A stretch of 64,000 nucleotides of DNA from Macrostomum lignano (lineage: Eukaryota). The notes under the pieces are model-generated. The model saw only the letters and a list, made by a program, of their open reading frames with translations. It did not search any database and was not told where the DNA came from. The stretch lies in contig NIVC01002709.1 in NCBI GenBank assembly GCA_002269645.1, positions 146,780-210,779 on the forward strand, read 5' to 3'. The position numbers were made by a program, and so were the translations under genes. This document shows positions 32,292 to 45,839 of the stretch, piece after piece. Numbering within the stretch: the stretch's first letter is position 1; each line of letters starts with the position of its first letter.

Positions 32292-35200
32292 TCAGAAGCC
32301 ATCGGATGCCTCACGGACCGCGTGCCGCTCTCCTCTGCTCACAGCACAGTAGTAAACCGACTGGAAGGAATAAAAGTGTTGCTGAGTTATTCTCACATGA
32401 AATGCCTGCTTGATACAAGCTGAGTCTCACGTTGGGGTCGGGCGGCTTGGCAGCAGCCAGCAACTCCACGGCCGCACCCTGGCTGGCAGCGGCGGCTGCC
32501 GCGGCAATCGCTGCGCCGTCCACTGCGCCCGCTACCAGAGCTGCCTGTAGCGCACGCTGAAGGACAATGTGTACTTTGTGAGCAGTGATCGAACCCTGTG
32601 AGCATTCTCACACAAACTAAAACTTGAATGCTCACGAAACACGGCTCGAAAAGTCCTCGAGCTCTTCACCGGTGAGAACACAGCGCCGAGACCGGGAAAG
32701 CTCTGGCTGATCAGACACGTCACAGTGACCTCATCCTGTCGCTCAAAGAACTGGTGAGTCAGTCGAGCTCTCCGAATCCAGCCTCCGTGGCTGCCTCTGA
32801 GATCGGGCTCAGGAGTGAGCTGCTCAGTAACATCGAAGGTCAAGTAGAGGGCCGTGAGTTATGACATTGAGAATGCATGTACAGCAATGATGGACAGCAG
32901 CTTTGGTAGCCGCAAACATGAACTCACAGTGAGTCCTTCAATGCTGACTGTGTCGGACTTGATCGAGCAGTGCAGCTCGGGCCTCGGGTTTCCCTCCTGT
33001 GTCTGTCCCAGCAGACTCAGCTCAGAGCCGTTCAGCAGCTGGCCAGTCCAACCGATGCTGTTCGAAGGAACTGCAAGACAGTGCAATGACAGTTTTGCCA
33101 TCCATTTTAGTAAGTTACGTCGGGCTTCAACCTGTAGCTAGTGCGTGCTTTCTGCTAGAAGTTCGAGAGGTTCCTTCCTACTCACAGAACACAGTAATGT
33201 TTTGTACGAAATGTTACTCATTATCTCGCTTATCTATCACGACTCCGCACATCGCAAACAGCGTAGCGGGTCAGGGTTCCCGATACCATAATCTTTGGTC
33301 CCATTTAAGTACGAGCTAACAACAGCCACCATTGCCACAGCATCAATTAAAGGCTTAAAATTCAAAACGGGAATAAATCATTGTGTTCAGAGCTCGGTGC
33401 AGGTCTCAGTCATTGGTTCCATGAGTTGAATGCTCAATAAGGATAAGGATAAAGATTCGTTTTTGACCCAACGCGAAAAGTTATATCATTGATGCATAAT
33501 TCATTTCTGTCGACTGACAGTCCATGCCTCTAAACAGCTGATAAATAATTTATAAATCAACAATGAAATAGAACAAAGTGTAATTCACAAGTACGTTCCA
33601 ATTGACCTGCAACAGGCTCAGCAGGTAATTACTTACTTATTGTAACAAGTATGAAGCTGAATACTCACAATAGACAGTAACGTTCTGTGTGAATCTGCCA
33701 TCCAGATCTTCGAGGCCATGCTGAGAGACCCTGCACTCCAATGACCTTCCGTTCATCTGCCTTGTGGAACTCAAGCTGAACTCAGATTCCACCAGCGTCT
33801 CAACGCCTAGATTTTGAGCCTCGGGGTTGTTCTGGGCCCTGGTCATGCTGGTGCTGAGACCCTCGGCTGTCCGCAGCCAGCACCGGTGACTCGGCTCAGG
33901 GTTGCCACCGACTGACCGAACTGAGACTGACACGGGCTCGCCCTCCATCATCACCAGAGGCTGAGTTGCATTCCATGAGCTGTTTGACGCGTCTGTTTTC
34001 GTGCAGGTGCGAGCATGGATGGTTAATTGTCTCAGCAATCTGAGTTGCTGATGGATCAGAGATGCTGAACTGCAATCCACTCACATGACACATCGAGTTG
34101 CTCACTGCTGACAGACTGATTGAATACAAGTGTGCCGTCTGCATGAGTCTGAGCGACCTGGCAGATGACTCTCATCTGGTTGTGGCTGGCCGATGCATTG
34201 AGTCGCCACACTGATGAAGCATTTGACTCAGATGGCAGCTGAGTCAACAGAGTCAGTAATTTATAAATTTATACATAATTTTTGCATTGACAATTCACAG
34301 TGAGTAACTCACTCTGAGCTGTTTCAGATTGGCTCCACCGATTGAGCAGAAGTGCTGAGCAGGCGGATTTCCTGTTTCCAGCGTCTGCAGGGTGACTTGA
34401 GCTTCTATTCCACTGCGGATTCGTCCAGGAGGCAGCTTGATTGACAGGCCGGAGCTGCGGTCTGAAATGCAGTTCGGTATGGCAGTCAGGTGAGCTGCAT
34501 TGGATCTAACTGGTGAACTGGTTCCGCATTGGATCTAACTGGTGAACTGGTTCCGCATTGGATCTAACTGGTGAACTGGTTCCGCATTGGATCTAACTGG
34601 TGAACTGGTTCCGCATTGGATCTAACTGGTGAACTGGTTCCGCATTGGATCTAACTGGTGAACTGGTTCCGCATTGGATCTAACTGGTGAACTGGTTCCG
34701 CATTGGATCTAACTGGTGAACTGGTTCTGCATTGGATCTAACTGTTGAACTGGAGAACATGCATCCAAGAACAAGCAGAAGTACATGGACACTTACACAG
34801 AACTGCAGGCAGCTCGCGACGAGCCGTTACATCGAACAGTCCTGACTGGTTCACCCGACACAAAATTGATGCTGAGCTTCCCCAGCTCCTGCTCACAGTC
34901 ACTGAGAATGTGCTGCTTGAGTTCGTGCTCTGAAAAGAGTCAGTTTTCACAGATAATTGTCAGATCATTGTTGCCATGCACCCAATACACAGGTGCAACC
35001 ATGGGCCAGTGTGAGACTCACTGACAGCAGCTGAAGCGCTGTGTTTCCATTTCGCTGTGACTGCACAGAGCAGCTGTGGCTGACTGGCATCCAGTAGCAA
35101 CCCGGTGTGTCAGCTGTCAGATTGACGGCTGCTCCGTCTGTCCAGCTGGTGTTTGCGGGGAGCAGAAAGTGAGTGGTGCAGGGCTCTGGAAGGGTTTGAG

Positions 35201-36996
35201 TAGTGAGTGGTGCAGGGCTCTGGAAGGGTTTGAGTAGTGAGTGGTGCAGGGCTCCGGAAGGGTTTGAGTAGTAAGTGGTACATGGCTCTGGAAGAGTTTG
35301 AGTAGTGAGTGGTGCAGGGCTGTAAGCCTGGGTTTGTAAGCCTGACTCACTGGCTGACTGCACACCCAGTGTGTGCGAAGTGCCAATCGCAGTCCCACCG
35401 CTGCAGCTGTGTCGGCACTTCAAAGCCGCCCCGTGCATTTCCATTCGCACTGTAAAAGTTCTCAGAATCAGAGAGCTGGCCGAGACCGCCCTCTGCAATG
35501 CGAACGCCCACCGGTGCTGTTAATTCCCATATCTGGTGCAAGCTCAAGTATTTATCTCAATCGAACTCTTACCGAACTCAACTCCAAGAGGTCACTGCCT
35601 TTCCGCATTCTGATGCTGCAGTTTGATGCAACAGGTGCTTTGCAGTTTCCTGGCAGCCGAGCTCGAATCATCACTTTCTCATTGAGCTTGAGCTGAGACA
35701 AGTCTTCCACAAAGCATCCCCTGGGTTGTTCTTTACAGAAGTCAGCTGGAGAGCAGCCAGAGCTGCTGTCTCTGTTACGCTGAAAGCAGTCTCTTTTCTC
35801 AATTTCAAGCAGCACAAAGTTCATCATCTTGTCAGTCTGATTGGCCACGAACTTCCTCAGCAGCACATACTGCGCCATCTGCAATGCGATGCTGCAACAC
35901 TGCGAATTCCAATATTGAAAGAGTTGCAGCAACTGGGTGACAAACCTTGCCATCGGCCTCAGCTGAGCAGGTCACTTCATGCACCGACTGCGACCTGAGT
36001 GAGCTGCTGCTGTCATTTCTGGTGAAGCCGCAGTGTTGGAATCCGGACAGACTGTGACTGAAGTTGGCAGCAGTGCAGTTGGGTGCATCCTCATCCAGAC
36101 CGGCTGGCTTCTCCTCACTGAGCAGCACTTCGATGCCCATGGCTCTGTGGCTCACTGAGAAAAGTTTAGTGAGCAAAATCTGATTTCAAAATATCGTTCA
36201 GATTGATACTGAAATGTGAAGGGAGGACTCACCCTCCTGTCTCCCATAGACAGTGATGGAGCGCACTGGGACACTTCGGGTCAGCTTCAGCAGCAGCCAC
36301 TGGTAGCCGGAGGGGTCCGGAGTGTCGCTGGTAAGAAAATAGGCCCACTGCCCCGGCTTGTCCATTGATCTGATGAAGCAGTCGCATTCTGGGTGATTGT
36401 AGACAGACGATTGCCAGGCATTGGCGATCTCAGCTCTGGAGACCTTGATGGCACAGCCTGTGGATGTGGAGGTTCAACAACTTCGAAATATGACCTGTTA
36501 TGAGACCATTGTGCGTTGTTTACGCTTTTGTCACAGTCAGCCAATTAGATAGAACTGCACGTAAGTCAACTACAACTCCATGGACATTTGCTCCATGGAC
36601 AGCTAAAGTAGAAGAAAGTTTTCAGTGTTTTTTTAACTTCTGAACTTCTGGATTCAAAATCCAGCAAGTATGCCTTGTGTCCGAGGTACGCTCACCAGTT
36701 TACCAGTACGATTTCACTGGAACTGCTACCGGAGACCGGCAGATAAACACACAGTTTCAGTGAACGAAATCTCAGCTGTTTCTGGTTGTAGTGTGCAAAT
36801 TCTCCCCACAGAATTTTCCAATGGCGAAACCTCATCCAGAGCTTAGTTCTCAAAAACTGAAAACTTTCAATCCCACTAATCAGCATCAGCAAAAATAATT
36901 GAATTCTTTAAGGAGAAACAGTCGTAGTCACTTACTGTTACTTATACAGTACGAAATGATTGCAAGGCACAGAAGTTCCTTCATGTGGACAGTCAT
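32292..36996 (-). CDS. Copy B of the lectin/Ig gene; ectodomain intact, TM exon shortened (secreted variant or pseudogene)
   Basis: ATG 36996; exons 1-12 collinear with copy A with splice sites conserved. Exon 13 (32556-32431) is 126 nt versus 206 nt in A. The homologous acceptor gives a frameshift (stop at 32311); an acceptor at 32540 restores frame (stop at 32292) but without the TM helix. Confidence 0.7.
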
Positions 36997-37450
36997 ATCG
37001 CAGAGCTGTACTTTGTAAAATAACAATTTTACATATAAGCTGCTGCTAGCAACAGCTGTGGTATCGCTGGGCCTCCCAACCTTAGTCGAGCCGATGTTTA
37101 TAGGAAAGCGGCAGGGCTGCGTGTGGAGGCGGAAATGCAGCCGCAGCCCATAGGCTGGAAGAAGATTGGCTGGCTCTGGCTGGCTGCAAAACAGGCAAGC
37201 GAGGTGCGAGATTGGAGGCCAATGAGGCTGGCGAAGATGGCGGAATCAGCAGCTTCTCTCAGCAGTGAGGGGCTTGAAGAAATGTGAGTACAGAAGATCC
37301 TCATTCATTTTCTGCCTGCCTGGGGGGTCTTTCTCAAAAGCAACTTATGATCGGCCATAGACGTAAGTTGGGGAGGAAGTGCCTGTGCTATAGAATCAAG
37401 AGTAATTTTAAGAGCTAGGAGGCTCCTTTAAGGAGACCATTTTAGGAGAC

Positions 37451-37643
37451 CAGTGGCGGATCCTGGGGGGGGGGCAAGGGGACCATGGCCCCCCCTCAGC
37501 TGCCTCGAAAAAAATTCTGCTCTTGGCCTTTGGCCCCCTTCTACCAGTAAGTAAAGAAAGGGCTTGGGCCTTGGGGTGGGTTCCTACTCGGGGCAGTATG
37601 AAAAAAGTTGGCCCCCCTCAATAAATTCCTGGATCCGCGCCTG
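37451..37643. mobile_element. hAT-type MITE (duplicate of 18920-19114)
   Basis: Same TIRs and TAGGAGAC TSD; poly-G run 2 nt shorter. Confidence 0.9.
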
Positions 37644-38111
37644 TAGGAGACCTCATAAAGGTTTCTGCAAGTGCTAAAGAATAAGGATTGAGGAGTTGGA
37701 GCTACTGTGGGTGCTGGGTGTTGCCGTTTCGGAGTGAATTTTAGGAGTGCGTGTCCTATAGAAGGAGCGAATTTCATTTCTAGCTCCTAACTCCGATAGT
37801 TAAGATTTCAAGGGCCAAATTGTACTCTTAGGTTAGTAGGAGTGTCTTTTTGTCATGTTTCGGACAGTGACCTGGGCTCTGACGATAAAGAAGCCAACGT
37901 TTGGCGACCCAGGCAATTCAGGCAAAGGATAAACTCTTCGAAGAATTTCGTACTGCATCTCGATTTCGGCTCAATAAGAGTCAACGCCAATTTCAACAAA
38001 CATGTTGCATCTTAAAGCATCACGAATCAGCTTAGATTCCGACATGTACTATTTTCTGTGAGCTGTTTTGCTGAGCACAATATTTACCACTTTTATGGTC
38101 TCTAATAGCAC

Positions 38112-38609
38112 TCTAAGTACGGCGTGGTGGTCGAGCTAATGAAAAACAACGACTTTCTAGTCAAGCTGACCAGCGGCCGGGTTCTTCGGAGAAACCGAAA
38201 GTTCCTACGGAGAAGGTTTCCAGCACATGCGGCGGAAGCTCGCTACCAGCCCAATACTGGCCCTGCGGACTCGCAAGGTACGAATGGAGCCAGAGGGCCG
38301 GAAGGACGATCAAGACCGTGGCATACGAGAAACCGTCGGCCACCCAACAGGCTTCAGATTGACCCCCGCAAAAGTTCGTACGACTGACTGACAAGAAGTC
38401 ACATTGTAACTGAAGGGGGAGGTGTTGTGTATGAGTGTGCATATGCATGTGTGTGACACTGAAGCTTGGGCTATACTCGTATGAATATTACTGTCTATGG
38501 TATAAATACACGTGACGGCCTAGAGAGACGGCCATGCCCTCTGAGCTTTAGTTTCATCAGACCGCGCGCTATAGAAGATATAACCCTCTCGGCTTCGCGA
38601 TATATAACA
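38112..38609 (+). mobile_element. Gypsy integrase end, PPT and LTR (duplicate of 19583-20080)
   Basis: Identical ORF translation; LTR at 38423-38609. Confidence 0.85.
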
Positions 38610-39616
38610 CCTTCACCCTTCTTATACAATATTTCTTATACCAGAGTTAGTTGTTTATCAAATGGGAGCAATTAACTAACGATAGCAGTTAAACCATTTA
38701 CTATTGACTTGGTCTATCAACTAATTAAATGCGCAGGCTTGTAGTCTAAAATGGTTTTATTGCTTTACACGCTCGTAGCTCACGAGAGCCGCTTTTCACA
38801 GGGCAATAAAAGCTTGTTGTTGTTGCATACTCCTTAAAAGTGCATATATTTAGGAGGAGTTTAATATAGCACGCAGATTGGCCAGACTTCTTAGCCAATC
38901 ACGCATCGGCAATTCTAGGATTGCAATCTGTGAAACTTACTCAGGCAGAATAAAACAAAACAAAACCAATTCAGACAATCTTCAAAACTCCTAAAACAAA
39001 AAAATTTTCAGCTTCAGTAATACTTTATTTTTGCAACGCTTTATTCGCATTTCTGATTAACGGAGTAATAAAACAATCAGATAAGAGTTATCAATCAGTC
39101 AGTCAATCAGTCACTGGAACACACGCAAGTCAGAGAGGCAAGCAAAGCTACTCAATCAGTGATTATCAAACGCCATTGGCAGGAGTCGGACTCCCCATCG
39201 GTTCTGCTGTGGAGCTCAAATGACAAAATAAAAAGTTAAAACAAGGAAAAGCGAGGCGATCGACAGAAATATTCGGCGAAATGTTTCAGCCAGCAGTCCG
39301 AAAAAGGGGATCAGGCCGCAGGGAGGATGATAAACAGTTTATAGCAGTGCAGGTGCGCTTAACCGATTGGTGCAGCTGCACCAGAGCAGTGCAGTGCCCG
39401 GTGCGAGGGTGCAAATCCTGCGGCTCTGATCCCCTTTCCTCAGGGCAGTGCTGAACGGCCATGCAAAAAGAGCGAAAAGTACACAAACCGTCAAGTAAAA
39501 GTGCAAGCGGTAAAATAAATCTATATTTCGATACATATCGGTAGGTTGCATTCGCTGAAACTCTTGAAACTCAGTCAAGAGATAAGAGATACAGTCTGTC
39601 TGTCTGTCTGCCTGCC

Positions 39617-39781
<165 letters not shown>

Positions 39782-39836
39782 TAGTCTATGTGTTTGTCTG
39801 TCTGTCTGTCTGTGTCTATGGGCTTGTCTGTCTGCC

Positions 39837-39891
<55 letters not shown>

Positions 39892-39892
39892 G

Positions 39893-40053
<161 letters not shown>

Positions 40054-43000
40054 TTCTTAATGTCTGTCTGTCTGTCAGTCTGTCTGTCTGTCTGTCTGTC
40101 TTTCTGTCTGTCTGTCTATTTTAGTGTTTACTAAATAACACATTAAACCATTTACATTTCCAGTTAAACAAAAGGTCTTCAGAACTTGGGCTCCAACAAC
40201 CAAAGAGGAAATCCAAATAAATCAATATCTCAAAGCTCAATTCCATTGCCAACACTCACAGAGAAGTGCTAGAAGAAGTGGCTCATCAGAATCAAAGACT
40301 CCGGAATGCTTGCAGTGTGTGAAGAGAGACGGATATGCATAGAAACAGCAGAGGTGCATTAATCAGTTCTGATTGTTAGTGCTGGATTTCAGTAAAAAAG
40401 AACATAAGCTAAAAACTGTACCAGTTAAAATGATGAATAACAAGCATCGAATTTATGGCATTTTTATGTACAGGAAACCAAAATTAAATGAAATTTGGAA
40501 GTGAATCATGTTGCACATACAACAAATAATGTACTCATTTAGTATGACTGCCTGTTAAATTAGAATGGATTGCTAATCTACAATAGCATACAGTAAGACT
40601 AGCAATCCGATTATAGATAAAATTTGTGGCATAAAAATCGGCATACAGCTTCAGTGAGCATTCTGTTGACTTCGCGGACACAGCGGTCGCCAGGTCATTA
40701 ATATACACCAGTCAGAGGGTGGGGGCGAGAACGCTACCCTGTGTTAGGCCCTCGTGGAAGATGCGCTCCTTGCTAATGCTAATGCTAATTGCTAATGCTA
40801 ATGCTAATGCTAATGCTAATGCTAATGCTAATGCTAATGCTAATGCTAATGCTAATGCTAATGCTAATGCTTGCTAATGCAGTTGTTCACGCGCACTCTG
40901 GCTCGGCGATCCGTCAGAAAAGTGCGGATCCTGCGGATGACGTCTCTTTGGACGCCGAGTTCCCGCAGTTTCTTTTACAGTGCCGCGCGCCAGACTCTAT
41001 CGTAGGCGCGGCTGAAGTCGAAAAGACAAAGAATGGACCGGAGATGCGGGGTAGACTCCAATTTGTCGAAAATTTCCTGACAGGTGCTCGCAATCAATTC
41101 CTCCGTAGAGCGGCCCTTGCCTGAGGTTTCGAGGGCATGGCGGAGACGCTGGAGGACCAGCCGCTTTGCCAGTTTGGCTATACAACTCGTGAGGGCGACT
41201 GGGCGGTAGGAGTCAGGCTTGCTGGCGTCCTTTCCCTTTTTTGGAACGGAATGATGATGGCTCATTTCCATTGCCAAGGACATTCCCCCTTCTGCCAAGA
41301 GCGGTTAGTGATGGACAGGGTCCTGTCATCCGTGGAGGGTGGGGGTGCTTTAGCATTTCATTGGTGACGCCATCCTGCCCGGGGGCCTTGCAGACTTGCG
41401 GATGGCATTACAGTGCTCCGGGTTGCTGAAGGGCGAGCAGATACCACTTCGAGCTCCGTGCCCGTCACAGCAGTGTTCTTTAAGCACCTCGTTGGCTGGT
41501 CGGGTCACTGGGCGGTCCCTAGGGCTGGTTGCGACCCTGGAGACGGCGCTGTAGATCTGACAGAAAAGATTCGCCTTCTCTAGATCGGTACTCGCTGGTC
41601 TGCTGGGTGCGACGGGTCCCATTTGGGGGGGGGGGACTCGCTGCTCGGGTTGCTTGGGCCTTCTCCCCGCATTTGCTACTGAATGGCTAGAAGCAGCAAA
41701 TGTAGGCATTTTTTATTGAATTTTTAAATCACTGAATCGAAAAGAGCAACTATTTGGGAAGCGGAAATCATTCACTGTTTTTGTCTTTGCTTTTATCTCT
41801 GTGTTGGCTGGCGGGCGAGGTGGGTGAAGGAGTGAGGTGGGTGATGGTAGTGAGGTGGGTGAAGGAGTGGGATGGGCGATGGTAGTGAGGTGGGTGATGT
41901 TAGTGAGGTGGGTGAAGGAGTGGGATGGGTGAAGGAGTGAGGTAGGTGATGGTATGAGGTTGGCGATGGAGTGGGATGGGAGAAGAAGTGAAGTGAGTGA
42001 ACCAGTGAGGTGGGTGAAGGAGTGGGGTGGGTGAAGGAGTGGGTGGGTGAAGGAGTGGGGTGGGTGAAGGAGTGGGTGGGTGAAGGAGTGGGTGGGTGAA
42101 GAAGCTGGTGGGTGAAGGAGCGGGTGGGTGAAGGAGCAAGTGGGTGAAGGAGCGGGTGGGTGAGAGAGTATGATTAAAGTAGGCCTAATGTTACCTAGGG
42201 GATAAGGTTGATTTACTAATTTTTCGACTGCATACAAAGCAAATCAGTTTAAAGAAGATCAGCCAAAACTAGTTTTTACTAAATACACAGATACATAGAT
42301 ACATAGATGCATAGATGCATAGGTACATAGATACATAGAAACATAGATGCATAGATAAATATATACATAGATACCTAGATGCATAGGTACATAGGTACAT
42401 AGATACATAGATACATAGGTACATAGGTACATAGGTACATAGATACATACGTACATAGGTACATAGTTACATAGATATATAGATACATAGATACATAGAT
42501 ACATAGGTACATAGGTACATAGGTACATAGATACATAGATATATAGATACATAGATACATAGATACATAGATACATAGGTACATTGGTACATAGGTACAT
42601 AGATAAATAGATGCATAGATACATAGATCCATAGATACATAGGTACATAGGTACATAGGTAGGTACATAGGTACATAGGTACATATGTACATAGGTACAT
42701 ATGTACATAGGTACATAGGTACATTGGGACATAGGTACATTGGTACATAGGTACATAAATACATAGGTACATAGGTACATAGGTACATAGGTACATAGGT
42801 ACATAGATCCATAGATACATAGATATATAGATACATAGATACATAGATGCATAGGTACATAGGTACATTGGTACATAGGTACATAGGTACATAGATACAT
42901 AGATACATAGATACATAGATACATAGATACATAGATACATAGATACATAGGTACATAGGTACATAGGTACATAGGTACATAGGTACATAGGTCCGACTAG

Positions 43001-45839
43001 ATAAGTAGGTTTTTTGAGACAATAAATTTTCAAGTCTTTTCATTCTTCGCATCCAGCATCATTTTCGAAATTAATATTCGCCTCTACTACTTGTAAAAGT
43101 AGCAGGTAGCAGTTAATCATTAAGAAATTATTAATTTTGTGTAAATAATCTTCATTTCGAAATTGCATGCCCCAGCAAGTCAACGAATAATCGATGCACA
43201 TGTGACTGAATAAACAATTAAACCTGTGTTTGGATGTGGCTTACAATGTTCAGAGTGGAAAGGTGGAAATTTTAGACGAGCATTTCATTCCAAGGATTTT
43301 TTATTTATTAATTTGTAAGAAATTCTGCTTAACGTAATCTATTTTTAGTAACAAAGCAGCTAAAAGCAGAAAACTAGTGGGACGCCAAGGTCTGTTAAAT
43401 AAAGCTACTCAAATCACTTAAAGGGTTGTTTGTGATTCCTCTTGTCACGTTTTCAGTACGTGAATTCTAGGATCTGCTTCAGGAATAACTTTTCATCCAC
43501 ATGGCCGGGGTGAGAGGGAATATCAGGCAATCTCCTCCTCTGGCAAGCATGCTTTTGCTATTTTAGTAGCTAAATAGCTAACCCTCAGGAAAGCCTGCTT
43601 ATAGATTTATACATGCCTTAGAAGAGAAAGTAAACTGGTTCCATTTGCTAGTGGTGCGCATAGCAACTTATTAATGTAATTATCTTAATTGAACTTAATT
43701 GATTTAATTAATATGTGTGTAAAAATACAAAATTAAATATAAAATTTTAAACAATAGTTTTTAGCCAGGTGTATTAAATATATAAAGATAATTAACATTG
43801 GAACAATTGTATTGATAAAATGTATCAGTATGTAGCAGTGTTAAGTAATTATGAGGCGTGAAGGCAGCAGTTCCGAAGGTTTGTTTTTGTTTAGCAGTTT
43901 AGGTTTTGAGTGTAGTTAGGCTTGTTAGACTTGAGTACATATAGTGTCGGGTGGCTTTATTTAATTTCATAGAAAATTATAAATTTCGGAAATATTCGGA
44001 AAGCATGTGCTCAGCAGGAGGGAAACACAGAGAGGGGAGGCAGAGAGACACAGAGAGGGGAGGCAGAGAGACACAGAGAGGGGAGGCAGAGAGAAACAGA
44101 GAGGGGAGGCAGAGAGACACAGAGAGGGGAGGCAGAGAGACACAGAGAGGGGAGGCAGAGAGACAGAGAGAGGGGAGGCAGAGAGACAGAGAGGGGAGGC
44201 AGAGAGAGAGAGGGGGAAACAGAGAGACAGAGAGGGGAGGCAGAGAGACACAGAGAGGGGAGGCAGAGAGACACAGAGAGGGGAGGCAGAGAGAGACAGA
44301 GAGGGGAGGCAGAAAGACACAGAGAGGGGAGGCAGAGAAAGACAGACACAGAGAGGAGAGGCAGAGAGAGAGAGAGAGAGAGACAGAGAGGGGAGGCAGA
44401 GAGACACAGAGAGGTGAGGCAGAGAGACACAGAGAGGAGAGGCAGAGAGAGAGAGAGACACAGAGAGGGGAGGCAGAGAGACACAGAGAGGGGAGGCAGA
44501 GAGAAACAGAGAGGGGAGGCAGAGAGACACAGAGAGGGGAGGCAGAGAGACACAGAGAGGGGAGGCAGAGAGATGCAGAGAGGGGAGGCAGAGAGACACA
44601 GAGAGGGGAGGCAGAGAGACACAGAGAGGGGAGGCAGAGAGACACAGAGAGGGGAGGCAGAGAGACATAGAAAGGGGAGGCAGAGAGACATAGAGAGGGG
44701 AGGCAGAGAGACACAGAGAGGGGAGGCAGAGAGACACAGAGAGGGGAGGCAGACAGACACAGAGAGGAGAGGCAGAGAGACACAGAGAGGGGAGGCAGAC
44801 AGACACAGAGAGGAGAGGCAGAGAGAGAGAGAGAGACACAGAGAGGGGAGGCAGAGAGACACAGAGAGGAGAGGCAGAGAGAGAGAGACACAGAGAGGGG
44901 AGGCAGAGAGACACAGAGAGGGGAAGCAGAGAGGAAGACACGGTTAAATTGCCTTATATAGAAAGTGTTGTTTACACGGAAATTTCTAGAAGGCTGGATA
45001 CGATAACAGTCCCCCCACCGCCGGGGTTGGAGTCCTGACGGAGTAAGGGAGAAGTATCTACTTTACATTTACAGAGATGGACCTTGATACAATCGCCTGC
45101 TAGTACTGGGTGATACATATACTTCAGGTAGCGACATGTAGGTGTGGTGCTGTCACAAATGTTCATGTTACAATGCTACCAGAATTTCTATTATTGAATC
45201 AATAATTTCGGAAACAATCAGGTACTTGTGTATTTTTAGTAACCGAGAAGCTATAAACTAAGGACAGAAAATCGGTCAGGAAGTCACATGTTTACCTCAC
45301 ATATATACACTCATGATTTGTCTGTGGCGTTTCCAACTATATATGGCATTCACCGCTGGCATGCGATGAGCCGCGCCGAAGGTAAACAAGCCGTGTTTAG
45401 CATTACTGCAGCCTTCGGCTCGCTGCCATAAATAGGTGCCAATCTTTCTAAAAAAAGGGATCGAGTGGAATTTAAATGAGGTAAAATTATAAATGTATCG
45501 CCAACACGACAATCATTGAAATTAATTGAAATTGAAGCCCGGACCGTATTGTGTACTGCGTGAAACTATGCAAAATGCACAGAAGTGTTCTGTGTCTCCA
45601 TGCGCTCGAATAGAAACAAACTTTTTATTGAAATTCAAGAGAAAAACAAGAGAAAAGCTGAGTAACTATACAAAAGATAATTGTTTAAAAACAATTCACT
45701 GCACTTTTTGCGATCCTTGATTGAGTTAAAGAATAACATATATGACAAAGCAATAACGTTTCTGTGAAACATGGCAGCAGAAAACCCAGTGTCAAAGCAA
45801 AGATAATAATAATAATTTGACTACACCTTTCTTAACGTG

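Noticed and set aside
32330-32360. SVYYCAVS resembling the V-domain YYC motif of antigen receptors
   Set aside because: It lies in the tiny terminal cytoplasmic exon, not in an Ig fold, and is SVYYYAES in copy A; no V(D)J-like segments or RSS were seen.
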